Of a stretch of DNA of 64,000 nucleotides, positions 27,501-37,632 are shown in pieces. The DNA lies in the sequence record OR413578.1, one strand, 5' to 3'. The position numbers and the translations under genes are program-made. Each line of letters opens with the position of its first letter. Position 1 is the stretch's first letter. The notes under the pieces are model-generated. The model saw only the letters and a list, made by a program, of their open reading frames with translations, had not been told where the DNA came from and searched no databases.

Positions 27501-29354
27501 ATGGTAAAAATCGTTGACTCTAACAACAACGCTCAGCAGAACAACACTCAGACTCAAGACACCGCACCACTGGGCGGTCTGGGCAACGAGACTGTAAAAG
27601 TGCAAACTGCTGTGCCGGGTACTTCTACTGTCAGCCAATTCGATAACGCATTTGGCATCCGCAACATCAGCACCTATGCAATGCACTTCGTCAACCTCCT
27701 GGACGAGCTGAAGAAAAGCAACGAATACCTCAACGCGTTCCGCTGGGGCACCATCGCCGGCGTGGGTAACGAAATGGGTTCCGCGGCGTATGTCGCAGGC
27801 CAATGGCAGGGCCACTGGCTGTACGGTATTATCTTCTTTGAACGCGGTCAGTCTCTGCGTCTGAAAGAAACTACCAACAACGGCCAGGAAGACTACTACA
27901 CCATCACTGAACTGTTCAACAAAGACGTGCTGGCAGTAGTACAGAAAAACATCATGGAAGCGCATGGTCTGACCAATGCGAACTTCATGATCATCAACTC
28001 CGTACCAGACCTGGGTAAAGTTCTGGATGCTGAGTGGGCACGTACTCTGATGGGTCAGATGATGATGGGCATCTTCGGTCGTATCGCAGGCTACCTGGGT
28101 ACGCTGAACCTGCGTAAGCATGACCGTTATCAGGCTGCAGTAATGCCGCTGGAAGATGGTGCGGTTGTGGATGCTAACGGCCACGCACAACGTGCTGATT
28201 TCGCAATCACCGTTGAGCACAGCCCAAGCAACGTATCCGACGCCACTCCGACTCTGCTGGACACCAATCAGGTACAGGTGTATCCGCGTGTATCCGGTAC
28301 TGGTTTCGTCAACATGCGTTTCACCGGTCAGAAGCCTGTCGTTAACGGCGTCTACGACCTGAAACAGCTGCAGGCTGAAATCGTAGTAAGTCTGGTCGAT
28401 TCTCAAACTGAAGGTGCAATGGCACCGTATGAACGTCAACTGCTGCTGCTGGCTGCATTTGCAGAAATCGCGGCAATCGGTGGCTGGCGTGACCTGTTTG
28501 TGAAACGTCTGAACAAACAAGATCGCAAGTTCTCCCGTGTGGCAGAATACCTGTCCTGGGGTGCTGACGCTCGTCCTGATGTATCCAAAATCGACGGTAG
28601 CCGTGAAGCTATCGAAGGTTGCCTGGATATGTTCGCACCGCGTGAAGCAGCACTGGTAGTTAGCCATCGTGCCGGTAACGGTCTGGGTGGTCTGTCTACT
28701 ATGCTGTCTGAAATTGCGGTCGGTTACGACAACTCTCTGAAACAGCTGCTCGCTATTCTGAATTCCATGTCCCCGCGTGATCAGAACGGCGAAGTTGTTG
28801 CAGCGACCAGCTTCACTGCAGTATTTGCTTCTGCACTGAAAGCACAGCTGGGCGATGCCTTCAATGGTACCATCCATTGCAGCCACATCGTGAAAGCAGC
28901 CGTACCGACTGTTTCCGGTGTTTACACCGGTACTGCACAGAAACGTAGCTTCCAGGATATGGACCTGATTTCCGTTGTTACCAAACTGGGTGATAACGCG
29001 AACGACGTCTATAGCTACCTGAACGCACAGTCCTACAGCCACCGTGAACTGAACGAGCGTCAACAGCGTATCTACATGCTGAAACTGGCCGCTTCTCTGT
29101 TCGCATCCAAAGCACCGCAAGCTACCGGTGAATCTCTGGATATGGCTATCAACCCGATCTTCGGTAAATGCCTGCTGGACTTCGTCCGTAACAATTGCAC
29201 CTGGTCTATGACTGGTGTAAATGCCTACAACACGATGGCGACCTCTCTGTTCTTCAACAACGGTGGGGAAGACTTCACGCTGTCTGGCAACGGCCTGTCT
29301 GCAAGCGGTTCCGATTTCGGTCTGGGCGTGTCTCTGAGCAACTTCAAACTGTAA
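27501..29354 (+). CDS. chmA: Chimallin, major phage-nucleus shell protein
   Basis: 617 aa; conserved position between the DNA polymerase and nvRNAP beta-prime genes; strong high-expression codon bias; own terminator; flexible N- and C-terminal tails. Confidence 0.85.
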   Translation: MVKIVDSNNNAQQNNTQTQDTAPLGGLGNETVKVQTAVPGTSTVSQFDNAFGIRNISTYAMHFVNLLDELKKSNEYLNAFRWGTIAGVGNEMGSAAYVAGQWQGHWLYGIIFFERGQSLRLKETTNNGQEDYYTITELFNKDVLAVVQKNIMEAHGLTNANFMIINSVPDLGKVLDAEWARTLMGQMMMGIFGRIAGYLGTLNLRKHDRYQAAVMPLEDGAVVDANGHAQRADFAITVEHSPSNVSDATPTLLDTNQVQVYPRVSGTGFVNMRFTGQKPVVNGVYDLKQLQAEIVVSLVDSQTEGAMAPYERQLLLLAAFAEIAAIGGWRDLFVKRLNKQDRKFSRVAEYLSWGADARPDVSKIDGSREAIEGCLDMFAPREAALVVSHRAGNGLGGLSTMLSEIAVGYDNSLKQLLAILNSMSPRDQNGEVVAATSFTAVFASALKAQLGDAFNGTIHCSHIVKAAVPTVSGVYTGTAQKRSFQDMDLISVVTKLGDNANDVYSYLNAQSYSHRELNERQQRIYMLKLAASLFASKAPQATGESLDMAINPIFGKCLLDFVRNNCTWSMTGVNAYNTMATSLFFNNGGEDFTLSGNGLSASGSDFGLGVSLSNFKL

Positions 29355-29383
29355 TCGAATCGGTTACTGAGTAGTTAGGAAAC

Positions 29384-29407
29384 GGACGGGGGCTAACGCC
29401 TCCGTCC
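29384..29407 (+). terminator. Intrinsic terminator after chmA
   Basis: GGACGGGGGC-TAAC-GCCTCCGTCC followed by a T-tract. Confidence 0.8.
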
Positions 29408-29436
29408 TTCCCTCTTTTTTTGTTGAGGTTGACAGA

Positions 29437-31032
29437 GTGAGAAAGGTACCAAAATTCTACGGAATATCCGGCCGGTTGGTTAGTCAGGATAACTATTTGT
29501 CCGATTTGCAAATAGAAGCTGCAGCCAAAGGTATTAAACCACCCACTATTATTAACGATGTCGCCGTTAACGGGGATGCGATCGAGGTTGCTGAACTTAT
29601 CGATCGCATGGTACAGAACAGAATCGTTGACGAAGAACTGAACTCTGCACCGATTTGTAGTTTGGATTGTCCGGCACCGATCGCGCATCGTTACAATCTC
29701 GGTTGTAAGTGTCCGACGTGTGGCTATGTTGTAACTGAACATCGAATTGAATCCGATGTCTGGTTACGTGCACCTGATGAAATGGGTAACTTCGTCAACC
29801 CACGATTCTGGGCAATGTTCAATGCTTTCTTTAATAGCAAGTTGAAGAAGTTTGAACGTAACAAGGTCACTATCGAACGCGGTAATGACTTGATGATGTG
29901 GATGATTGACCCGTATTACCGTATAGAAGAACCAGACGGTAAACGCGCACATGCTGTGAAACGTGTATTGGAAGAACATGGTTTCGTTCGTGGCTTGCGC
30001 AATCTGGTTGATAACCACGTTAGTATCTTTAACATCCTTACCACGCCAGAAGCCTGGAAGGAAATCTTCGCACCTAATCGGCATAACGCCGCTGAAGGTG
30101 AACGCTTACGTTTACAATGGAAGGAGCTATTCGAAACGCAACGTCACGCATTCTTCCCAAGACATTTACCGCTAATCTCCTCTAAACTTATCGTTACTGA
30201 GGAAGGTCGTCGTGGTGTCATGGTAGACCCAGTGTTCACGGGTGCTATTGACGCGGTGAAAAATATCGCGTTGCTCTATACGCGGCGTAAAGCGATCGAA
30301 CCACGTTTTCTGATTAGTCGTGCTTTGAAGGCGAACCGTCAGCTAACGTACTTCCACATGGACTTCCGTCGTGAGTCTATGGAAGGTAAACCGGGTGACT
30401 ATCGTGCGAAATTGGGTTCTACCCATATCCCGTTCGGTGGTCGTGCAACCATCTCACCTATCTCAGAACCACATGATGCCTGGAAGTTAAAAGCACCATG
30501 GCGTTGGATGGTTGGGTTGATGTCGACCCACATCGAGAACAAACTGCTACGACGGGGTTATTCGTCACGGCAATGTGAGCGTATCGTTGCAAAAGCGGCA
30601 ATGCAGTATGACCCGCTTGTAGACGAAATCTTTAAAGAGCTAATTCGTGAATCCCCAGGCGGTCTTGGGATCATGGTCATACCGTTACGTAACCCAACGC
30701 TGGTACAGTTGTCTATTCAAACGCTGTACATCGATGAAGTTGTTACCGATGTTAACCAGTGTTCGCTGCGTATCTCTGACCGTGTGATCAAGATGGCAAA
30801 TGGAGATTTCGATGGTGACCAGTTCCAGGTACGTTTGCCAGTCGATGAAACTGAGATGAAGTTGGCGCTCCAATTCCGTCCAGATAACGGCTTTATGTCT
30901 TCTACTGATGTGGACCGCGTAGAACACGGCATGGTTTTACATAACGAGCTAATCAGTATGCAGAACCAGTTCCTTATTGAAGCAGATGAGGATGATGAAG
31001 AAGGCATTCCGTTGGAAGCGGTGATGGGCTAA
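29437..31032 (+). CDS. Non-virion RNA polymerase beta-prime N-terminal subunit (phiKZ gp55/56.1-like)
   Basis: Catalytic NGDFDGD, RNPTL, N-terminal Cys Zn-finger (CSLDC...CKCPTC). Confidence 0.9.
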   Translation: MRKVPKFYGISGRLVSQDNYLSDLQIEAAAKGIKPPTIINDVAVNGDAIEVAELIDRMVQNRIVDEELNSAPICSLDCPAPIAHRYNLGCKCPTCGYVVTEHRIESDVWLRAPDEMGNFVNPRFWAMFNAFFNSKLKKFERNKVTIERGNDLMMWMIDPYYRIEEPDGKRAHAVKRVLEEHGFVRGLRNLVDNHVSIFNILTTPEAWKEIFAPNRHNAAEGERLRLQWKELFETQRHAFFPRHLPLISSKLIVTEEGRRGVMVDPVFTGAIDAVKNIALLYTRRKAIEPRFLISRALKANRQLTYFHMDFRRESMEGKPGDYRAKLGSTHIPFGGRATISPISEPHDAWKLKAPWRWMVGLMSTHIENKLLRRGYSSRQCERIVAKAAMQYDPLVDEIFKELIRESPGGLGIMVIPLRNPTLVQLSIQTLYIDEVVTDVNQCSLRISDRVIKMANGDFDGDQFQVRLPVDETEMKLALQFRPDNGFMSSTDVDRVEHGMVLHNELISMQNQFLIEADEDDEEGIPLEAVMG

Positions 31033-31045
31033 TAGGAGTATTGTA

Positions 31046-31627
31046 ATGTGGCTACAAGGTAGCACGGTGTGGACGAAACAGACCGAAGGTAGCGGGGCAC
31101 TCAGCGTATTCAAAGAATCGTTTTCGCTGTCTAGCCTGGCACCCGATCTCGTTGACCGTGTAAAAGAACATTGTCAGGACTTAATCTCACTGGAGCGTTT
31201 CCGTGAAACATTCAGTACCGCACGTAAATTGCGTTATAGCGATGCGGTAGAGATGGTAAGACAGATCGAAGAGTTGGGTGAATTCCAGTTCGCCAATGCT
31301 GCTTTACAGCCATTCCTCGTTGCCATGCCGGAATATCGTAAGTTGTATAATGACGGTATGGCGACTGGTTATGAGAACGGCTTTTCGCGGTTGGATGTGT
31401 TCAAAGGCAATGCGTATATGCGTACCGATGACCACTTCCGCGAAGCAACATCGGGCATTTCGACGAAGTACGATGAAGATAAGATTTGGCAATGGGCTAC
31501 CAATGAAGATCGTGCAGTACGACTGAGTCGAATCGATAAAGTGGATATTCAACTTAACTGGGCACGCATGTCAGCTTTCGACTGGGAAGATGGTGATCCC
31601 TGTTCGGAACTTGGCGCGACGTGTTAA
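31046..31627 (+). CDS. Conserved hypothetical protein
   Basis: 193 aa; SD AGGAG. Confidence 0.8.
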   Translation: MWLQGSTVWTKQTEGSGALSVFKESFSLSSLAPDLVDRVKEHCQDLISLERFRETFSTARKLRYSDAVEMVRQIEELGEFQFANAALQPFLVAMPEYRKLYNDGMATGYENGFSRLDVFKGNAYMRTDDHFREATSGISTKYDEDKIWQWATNEDRAVRLSRIDKVDIQLNWARMSAFDWEDGDPCSELGATC

Positions 31628-31633
31628 AAAGAT

Positions 31634-31647
31634 GGGGCTTCGGCCCC
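31634..31647 (+). terminator. Intrinsic terminator with UUCG loop
   Basis: GGGGC-TTCG-GCCCC followed by a T-tract. Confidence 0.75.
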
Positions 31648-31672
31648 TCTTTTTTTCTTCACTGGGGGCTGT

Positions 31673-32098
31673 ATGCAGCATCCTATATTGGCGTATATCG
31701 AGGGCTTGGCAGCACGGTATCGATACCGACCATTACCCAAGAAAGTACGTGAAGAAGCTTTGTCAGTTTATCAGCAACACTTAAACGGGTTCGATAAGGT
31801 AAGGGCTGCCACAATAGGTGGCGTGTCTGTGTGCCTACGTTGGAACCGTGTGGTGGTTGGTGATTATGGTGCGTATCTCGAGATAGATGAGAAGGATCTG
31901 CTCGTTGGATTGGATGTGCCTCCTGAACAAGCCTGGCGGTTAGACGAAGAGTATATCGCTGGCCGTAAGCTGAGTATCAAATATCATTGGTTAACATTTC
32001 GGGGTGTAAAAGTTTACCATCAAGTCGACACCGTTAAGTATGCGGACTATCGACCGGGCAAATATTACATTTCCGTCCTTGAATTTGACAGGAGCTAA
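31673..32098 (+). CDS. Hypothetical protein
   Basis: 141 aa; motifs VVGDYGAYLEI and YADYRPGKYYIS. Confidence 0.7.
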   Translation: MQHPILAYIEGLAARYRYRPLPKKVREEALSVYQQHLNGFDKVRAATIGGVSVCLRWNRVVVGDYGAYLEIDEKDLLVGLDVPPEQAWRLDEEYIAGRKLSIKYHWLTFRGVKVYHQVDTVKYADYRPGKYYISVLEFDRS

Positions 32099-32099
32099 C

Positions 32100-32486
32100 A
32101 TGATTGCGGTAGGAACCTTATCCACACGTGGCTGGGCACGTACACCCCAGGAAAAGGCGCGTGAGTTGATGAACCATTACACCGAGTCTGGCTATAGCCA
32201 ATCGGTGGTTTATCGTGGGAACATTAAATCACTTGCGTATACGCAAGCTGTGTTTGCACAAGATCCCGACGGGATGGTTGCCCAGATTAAAATGGATTTG
32301 GAGAACCTCTACGGGAACGTATTTCCTGCTGGCGTTGAAGTTGAAACCAGCTGGGAGTTTTTAAAAGATTCAGATGTGCGTTACCGTATCTTCATTAGTG
32401 TCCGTGTGCAAGAAGTTGTAGACGGTGAATGGTACGATGTTGAGCGGTACGTGGATACCGAGTCGAGTGCGATTGAGGATATGTAA
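32100..32486 (+). CDS. Conserved hypothetical, possibly T4 gp25-like sheath initiator
   Basis: SD AGGAG before ATG 32100; 128 aa; weak alpha/beta resemblance only. Confidence 0.55.
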   Translation: MIAVGTLSTRGWARTPQEKARELMNHYTESGYSQSVVYRGNIKSLAYTQAVFAQDPDGMVAQIKMDLENLYGNVFPAGVEVETSWEFLKDSDVRYRIFISVRVQEVVDGEWYDVERYVDTESSAIEDM

Positions 32487-33160
32487 TGAGCCAGGAACCT
32501 ACATTTAACGGTGTACCGTTAAGTCAGATGAATGAGCAGATGCGCTTTGAGTATAACAAACTCAAAGAGATTGAAAACGATTTGGCGGAAAGCCAGAACG
32601 TCTGTAGTGTCTTCACCGAAGCACAGTTCCGTCGACAGGGCTTACCACTGCTGTCCGGGATGCTTGATGGTACTTTTAACGAAGAGACCTGGACGGCTTA
32701 CGTAGGAAGTCCATTTGTACCCCTACAGATTGTGGACGATGCTGATAACAGCAAACTGCTATTTACCATCCCTGCTCTGTTGAACACCGGCCGCTCGTTA
32801 ATCACCGTTGACGGCGAACCTTCCCTCTCTGATGAGACTGAGTACATCCGTCGTCAGGTTGATGTGATTGCAACCGTCGGTGAAACCCAGATGTACAAGA
32901 TGATCGATTACACCCTAACCGGGATCGAAAATATGTCTCTGGCTGAAAATTCAGTTCGTGCGAAATACATTATTGACTTGCTGAACTGGATTTTCCGACG
33001 CTACGGTGTGGGTGGTCAATTGCCATATCCGGAAGGGTTGGTTGAATACGTCGATAAAATTACCGGCGGTAAAAACACGGCGACAGCTGCAGAGACTTCG
33101 GTGCAAGCCCCAGCTCAAACGCAGCCAATCGTAGGGATCGGTGATGGAGAAGATTACTAA
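32486..33160 (+). CDS. Conserved hypothetical protein
   Basis: 224 aa; TAATG overlap. Confidence 0.8.
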   Translation: MSQEPTFNGVPLSQMNEQMRFEYNKLKEIENDLAESQNVCSVFTEAQFRRQGLPLLSGMLDGTFNEETWTAYVGSPFVPLQIVDDADNSKLLFTIPALLNTGRSLITVDGEPSLSDETEYIRRQVDVIATVGETQMYKMIDYTLTGIENMSLAENSVRAKYIIDLLNWIFRRYGVGGQLPYPEGLVEYVDKITGGKNTATAAETSVQAPAQTQPIVGIGDGEDY

Positions 33161-34292
33161 ACCTCCTAAGAAACCAGAAGGTGTTAAGCGCCTTTTGAAC
33201 ACTAACGATATCCATTTGTTGCATAAACGTGTGCCCACATGGCACATCGTGGATGTGATACGTGAGATACTCATTAGCTGCGAAAATACGCTTGACGCCT
33301 TTTATATAGCAGGGGATTTATTTGATGATTCCCGACATCTTCGCCAGGAAGATTCTCAAGAAGCTGTGGGCTTCTTGACGTGGTTGCTCCAGTGGTCTAA
33401 GGCCACTAATACCGCCGTTCGCATCGTTGAGGGAACACCATCCCATGACCATGGCCAGTCCAAAATAGTTGAGTCGCTGAACATCAGTATAGGCGCAGAC
33501 TGTTTGTATTTGGCAGGGATCGGGATATTTTACGATCCGACTCTCGATGCGATGGTAGGTTGGGTGCAGGACGAATATAAAGCTGCTGGCGTCGATGAAA
33601 TTAATGCTGCTGCCACTGAGGCAGAAATGGCAGAACTGATGGCGACACGAGGCTTGGAGAAGCTAGACTTTATCTTCATGCACGGCTGCTTCAAGTTTCA
33701 ACTCCCTGTCGAGTCCCCTCGTTCTTTCCACGAGGAGTTCTGGTTGCCGAGAGTCAAGCACCTGATATTTATCGGGCATGACCATCGACCCAAGGAATTA
33801 GACAAGATAAGAGTTGTAGGTAGTCCTGAGCGACTATCTCAAGGTGAAGAGGAGGACAAAGGCGTAGCTCTTGTCGATTTCACCGATACGGTTGCCAGGG
33901 ATTATTTCCTGGTTAATCCACGCGCGTGCCCGCAGAAAAAGATTCGGGCACAGGAAGACTTTGATGCGCAGTTAGCAGCTTGTCTTTCTGCATTAGAATA
34001 CATCGACAATCATCCCTCGTCCGCTATTGGGCGATTTGAGGTCGAGTATTACGCAGGCTCACCGATGGCCGAATACGTCAGTCGGTGGAAAAAAGAATAC
34101 ACGTTCCACATTTCTGGAGAGCGTGTGCGCTCCTCTGAAGAGGAGGAGTTGTTAGTGAAGAGTTTTTCGAACGAAGCCCCAGTGTACGAAAAACCTACTC
34201 CTGAGAACTTCGAACGGTTGGTTCTCGAAGAGCTAACATCAGTGAAGTACGACCCTGATGTTGTTACTGCAATCATTAGGAAAATAGAATGA
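33141..34292 (+). CDS. sbcD: SbcD/Mre11-like metallophosphoesterase nuclease
   Basis: Motifs NDIH, AGDLFD, EGTPSHD, MHG, GHDH. Confidence 0.85.
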   Translation: MMEKITKPPKKPEGVKRLLNTNDIHLLHKRVPTWHIVDVIREILISCENTLDAFYIAGDLFDDSRHLRQEDSQEAVGFLTWLLQWSKATNTAVRIVEGTPSHDHGQSKIVESLNISIGADCLYLAGIGIFYDPTLDAMVGWVQDEYKAAGVDEINAAATEAEMAELMATRGLEKLDFIFMHGCFKFQLPVESPRSFHEEFWLPRVKHLIFIGHDHRPKELDKIRVVGSPERLSQGEEEDKGVALVDFTDTVARDYFLVNPRACPQKKIRAQEDFDAQLAACLSALEYIDNHPSSAIGRFEVEYYAGSPMAEYVSRWKKEYTFHISGERVRSSEEEELLVKSFSNEAPVYEKPTPENFERLVLEELTSVKYDPDVVTAIIRKIE

Positions 34293-35125
34293 ATCCAATC
34301 AGTGTTGATCGCACTTTCGGGTTCTATTCAGTGTCAATCGCCAGTTCGCTGGCGTTTGAAGGTCTGCTGCATACCGGCGAATACGCCGACTGGAAAGGCG
34401 AATTGCCTATCCATTCCTATCAGGAAATATACCTGAATCTCCGGACATTGTTCCGTAACGCCTTCTATGCGTTTGAAGAGAATAGAGAACGGTTAACACC
34501 CGACGTGATGCTAACATCGATTGAAGAAGATATTAATAATCTTACGGCTACCGCGAGAGCGGTAGCCCCTTCGGTGTTATGCGTTCCGTACCTTTGTAGC
34601 TATCGTAGCGCTAACAAAGTGTTTCCCGAAGCCTCGTTCAAAAACATTGCAGGCGGTCAGGATAAGATGACGCCAAACCAGCTGCACTATAATGCACTGG
34701 AACACGACACCTTAAAAATGTACGGTGAGAAACACGAAAATGACTTCCGTCAATTCGATGTTTTCCCAGAGGGTAGCCGCGACACACTGTTACTGACCCA
34801 CATGCCAGCTGATCTCCTGGCACGTAAAGATTTCCCTAAACTGGGTTTGTTGGAATCGCACACCGGTAAAGTGAAAACACAACTGGAGTGGTACACCAAA
34901 CTTAACGGGAAACCCCAACATATTCCGTTTAACAAAGCGTTCCTGACGTTGTTTGGCGACGGGATAATGTTTTCACCCCTCGATCGCAAAACGCGTGGGG
35001 TGGTGTTAAAAACCGCAGAGAAGTACAGCTGGAAACAGGATACCACAATGGACCGTATTTATAACTGTCTAAAACTGGTGAATGAGCCATTTGTAATTGA
35101 ACTGCTCCGCAGGCTTATGAAGTAA
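34289..35125 (+). CDS. FEN/T4 RNase H-like 5'-3' nuclease fold protein
   Basis: IYLNLRTLFRNAF, LTHMPADLL and LFGD resemble FEN/PIN motifs. Confidence 0.55.
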   Translation: MNPISVDRTFGFYSVSIASSLAFEGLLHTGEYADWKGELPIHSYQEIYLNLRTLFRNAFYAFEENRERLTPDVMLTSIEEDINNLTATARAVAPSVLCVPYLCSYRSANKVFPEASFKNIAGGQDKMTPNQLHYNALEHDTLKMYGEKHENDFRQFDVFPEGSRDTLLLTHMPADLLARKDFPKLGLLESHTGKVKTQLEWYTKLNGKPQHIPFNKAFLTLFGDGIMFSPLDRKTRGVVLKTAEKYSWKQDTTMDRIYNCLKLVNEPFVIELLRRLMK

Positions 35126-35190
35126 GTTAAAATTTACGTTAGTGGGACATCATGTGTGAACCACTAGACTGCTTTTCCGAAAAGGATGAA

Positions 35191-35850
35191 ATGATGATTA
35201 ACCAAGAAATTTTCAAAGACAAATGGCTTTACCCGCAGACCGAACCGGATCAGCAAAACCGTACGCGTAAACTCAACATCGAACCGAATGATTTCAACGG
35301 TGATGTTGAAACTATGAAGTTTAGCTACTCCTTTGGTAAGGGCGAAGGTCTCTATTTCTCTGCGCCGATTACGGTTTGCCGTACCATTATCGAAGCTCTG
35401 CAGGATTGTCTGCGTAAGAGCGAAAAGAGTATGCTGAAGTTTACTAACGAAAACGGCAACAAACCGCCCGTTAGTCTGATTGTTGGCCGTGAAGACAACC
35501 TGGTACCGTTCATCGCTATTGCCGGTGAAATCCAGGGCGTTGGTGCCCGCCAGAAGAAGTTCTACTTCTCCTACCCGAAAGGTTTCCGTATTTTCCGCGA
35601 CGGCCAGCAGGTTTCTGATTTAGAACTTGCCGAGCGCTGCGCACGTGCGTTTATCACTAACTTCGAGAAGTTCTTACAGAACCTGGAAGAGAAATATAAG
35701 CCGCGTGAATTCCAGCAAGGTGGTGGTAGCTTCGGTCGTGGTGGATACGGTGGTGGCCAGGGTGGTGGTCAGCGTAGCGGCGGCGGTTATCAACAGCAGC
35801 AACAATCTGCACCTCCAGCAACCACTGATTCTTACGACGAATTCCTCTAA
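35191..35850 (+). CDS. chmC: ChmC-like nucleic-acid-binding protein (Whirly-type) with a Gly-rich disordered tail
   Basis: Immediately upstream of the gp68-like gene; tail GGGSFGRGGYGGGQGGGQRSGGGYQQQQQ...DSYDEFL; start moved to ATG 35191. Confidence 0.6.
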   Translation: MMINQEIFKDKWLYPQTEPDQQNRTRKLNIEPNDFNGDVETMKFSYSFGKGEGLYFSAPITVCRTIIEALQDCLRKSEKSMLKFTNENGNKPPVSLIVGREDNLVPFIAIAGEIQGVGARQKKFYFSYPKGFRIFRDGQQVSDLELAERCARAFITNFEKFLQNLEEKYKPREFQQGGGSFGRGGYGGGQGGGQRSGGGYQQQQQSAPPATTDSYDEFL

Positions 35851-35869
35851 GAAACAAAATAAAAAATAC

Positions 35870-35889
35870 GCCCAAGGGAAACCTTGGGC
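35870..35889 (-). terminator. Hairpin with its U-tract on the minus strand
   Basis: GCCCAAGG-GAAA-CCTTGGGC preceded by AAACAAAATAAAAAATAC. Confidence 0.55.
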
Positions 35890-35985
35890 TATTAACGCTT
35901 ATGCGTGGTCCTGCAACACACACTGTAAGAAGATTGAGATAGATATTATCTCAGTGCAATCGACTATTCGCGGAGTTCAACTATA

Positions 35986-37620
35986 ATGAAAATTATGAAG
36001 ATTAAAGACCGGATGACAATCGAGCATCATGGTCAAGAGGTCACATTTATTGGCTTACGTTATCGGAAGGATAACAACGCACCCGACTACATCACTGTTA
36101 AAGGTAAACAGATTGCACGCGACAACATTCTCTTCATGGAATTACAACGCGTGTGGGATTATTTAACGCCAGACGAACAAGATGAACTGTTCATGGCGTA
36201 TCTGATGCTGGACGAGCTGGCAAACGAATCGACGGAAACGCAGCGTAAGCACATGCCGAAGATTGTGCAGACGATTGCGAAGTTCCACAAGGCCGAAGTG
36301 TATCGTAAGCTGTATCCCATCGATAAGCTGTGGATTCCGCAGAACATGGAAGATACGCACGATGAAATGAACAGTAATTATCCGGAAGCGATGACGTACA
36401 TTCGTCCGGACTATTACGAGTTGTTGATACTGGTCCTGATGATTAAACCGTATATTCCGGTGTTCCTCACCATGGGGACGTTCCCGATAGGTAAGAACTT
36501 GCCAATCGAAACACATCGGAAAATGGTGTACAATCTGACATACTGTCTGGAGACGCTTCAAGACACGGAAGTCATGTCTTTACCTGCTATTCCGAAACTG
36601 CGTGGGTTCCTACAGACAGTGATGGAAAAGGTAGAAAAAGAACTGGCAAACAAAGGTACGAACAGCACCAGTTTGTCGGTACTGGCTACGGTGCGGGGCT
36701 ATGGCACGGATATGATGGAAGATTATATCCTGGCGTATGCTATTATTAAATTGTTGGCTGTCCGTGAAGTCGGTGGTGAATTACCGGTTGAAATCATGGT
36801 TAACAACAATATCGTCACCGGCATGTATTTTCTGGTTAAACAAGAGATTGAAACAGGTTTTGCAAACAAAATCTCTAACCAGCCGGTGCTGTTAAAAGCG
36901 CATCCGGAAAGTGTGGTATTCAATGGCGAAAAGGGTAAGATAAACGCCATGGATTTGGTGCAGGCACGTTCTCCTGCACAGATGAAAGAATACGTCCGTA
37001 CCGAGTACGTATTTAAAGAATACCGCTCTTTCTTGAAAACAATGCGTCTGGATAATGCCGCTCCAGCAGATGTTAAGTTATTGATTGATTCGCAACTGGC
37101 AACACATGACGGTCCTGTCTATACGTTGCACGAATGGTTAGTCGCGTTAGCACTCCATCGTAGCGCGCATTATAAGACGTATACTGAATGTGGACCAGAA
37201 GCGTTTCGCTACGGTATGGCGTTGGCACAGGCAACTTATCTCAATTATGGAATGTATGACGTTGCGCAACTGTTAAGTTGCAATATGGTGCGTTCTGAGA
37301 TGTCTGCCGGTTATGCAGCCGACCCAATTCGATCTGAACTCAAAGCAGATTTAGATAGATATTATCTTCAGGAGTATCGCAACCCGCGTAATCTCGAACC
37401 GCAATCTACACCACGGGAATCACTGACCTTGTTACACAAGGATCACATCAACCCGTATCTGTTCCATCTCAGGGCTACACCAGAAGCAGCTGCGCTGCTG
37501 AAGTGTGAGACGGATCAGCCAAACTATATACCTCACTTGTCACTGCACAATAGCCTGGCGGAGTTTATGGTGTTGAATGCACGTCGCAAGTTAGAAGAAG
37601 TTGAATGGTTTAATTCTTAA
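35986..37620 (+). CDS. Non-virion RNAP promoter-specificity subunit (phiKZ gp68-like)
   Basis: 544 aa; synteny (chmC - gp68 - picA - gp70 - beta - beta-prime); AGATATTATCT motif upstream. Confidence 0.65.
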   Translation: MKIMKIKDRMTIEHHGQEVTFIGLRYRKDNNAPDYITVKGKQIARDNILFMELQRVWDYLTPDEQDELFMAYLMLDELANESTETQRKHMPKIVQTIAKFHKAEVYRKLYPIDKLWIPQNMEDTHDEMNSNYPEAMTYIRPDYYELLILVLMIKPYIPVFLTMGTFPIGKNLPIETHRKMVYNLTYCLETLQDTEVMSLPAIPKLRGFLQTVMEKVEKELANKGTNSTSLSVLATVRGYGTDMMEDYILAYAIIKLLAVREVGGELPVEIMVNNNIVTGMYFLVKQEIETGFANKISNQPVLLKAHPESVVFNGEKGKINAMDLVQARSPAQMKEYVRTEYVFKEYRSFLKTMRLDNAAPADVKLLIDSQLATHDGPVYTLHEWLVALALHRSAHYKTYTECGPEAFRYGMALAQATYLNYGMYDVAQLLSCNMVRSEMSAGYAADPIRSELKADLDRYYLQEYRNPRNLEPQSTPRESLTLLHKDHINPYLFHLRATPEAAALLKCETDQPNYIPHLSLHNSLAEFMVLNARRKLEEVEWFNS

Positions 37621-37632
37621 GGAGTATTTAAA

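Noticed and set aside
27390-29120. 576-aa minus-strand ORF
   Set aside because: It is the antisense shadow of chmA, explained by chmA's extreme codon bias; it has no SD and no protein-like features.
35191-35850. Calling the Gly-rich-tail protein a classical SSB
   Set aside because: The acidic tip (DSYDEFL) is SSB-like, but synteny directly before gp68-like favours ChmC; a structure prediction is needed to settle it.
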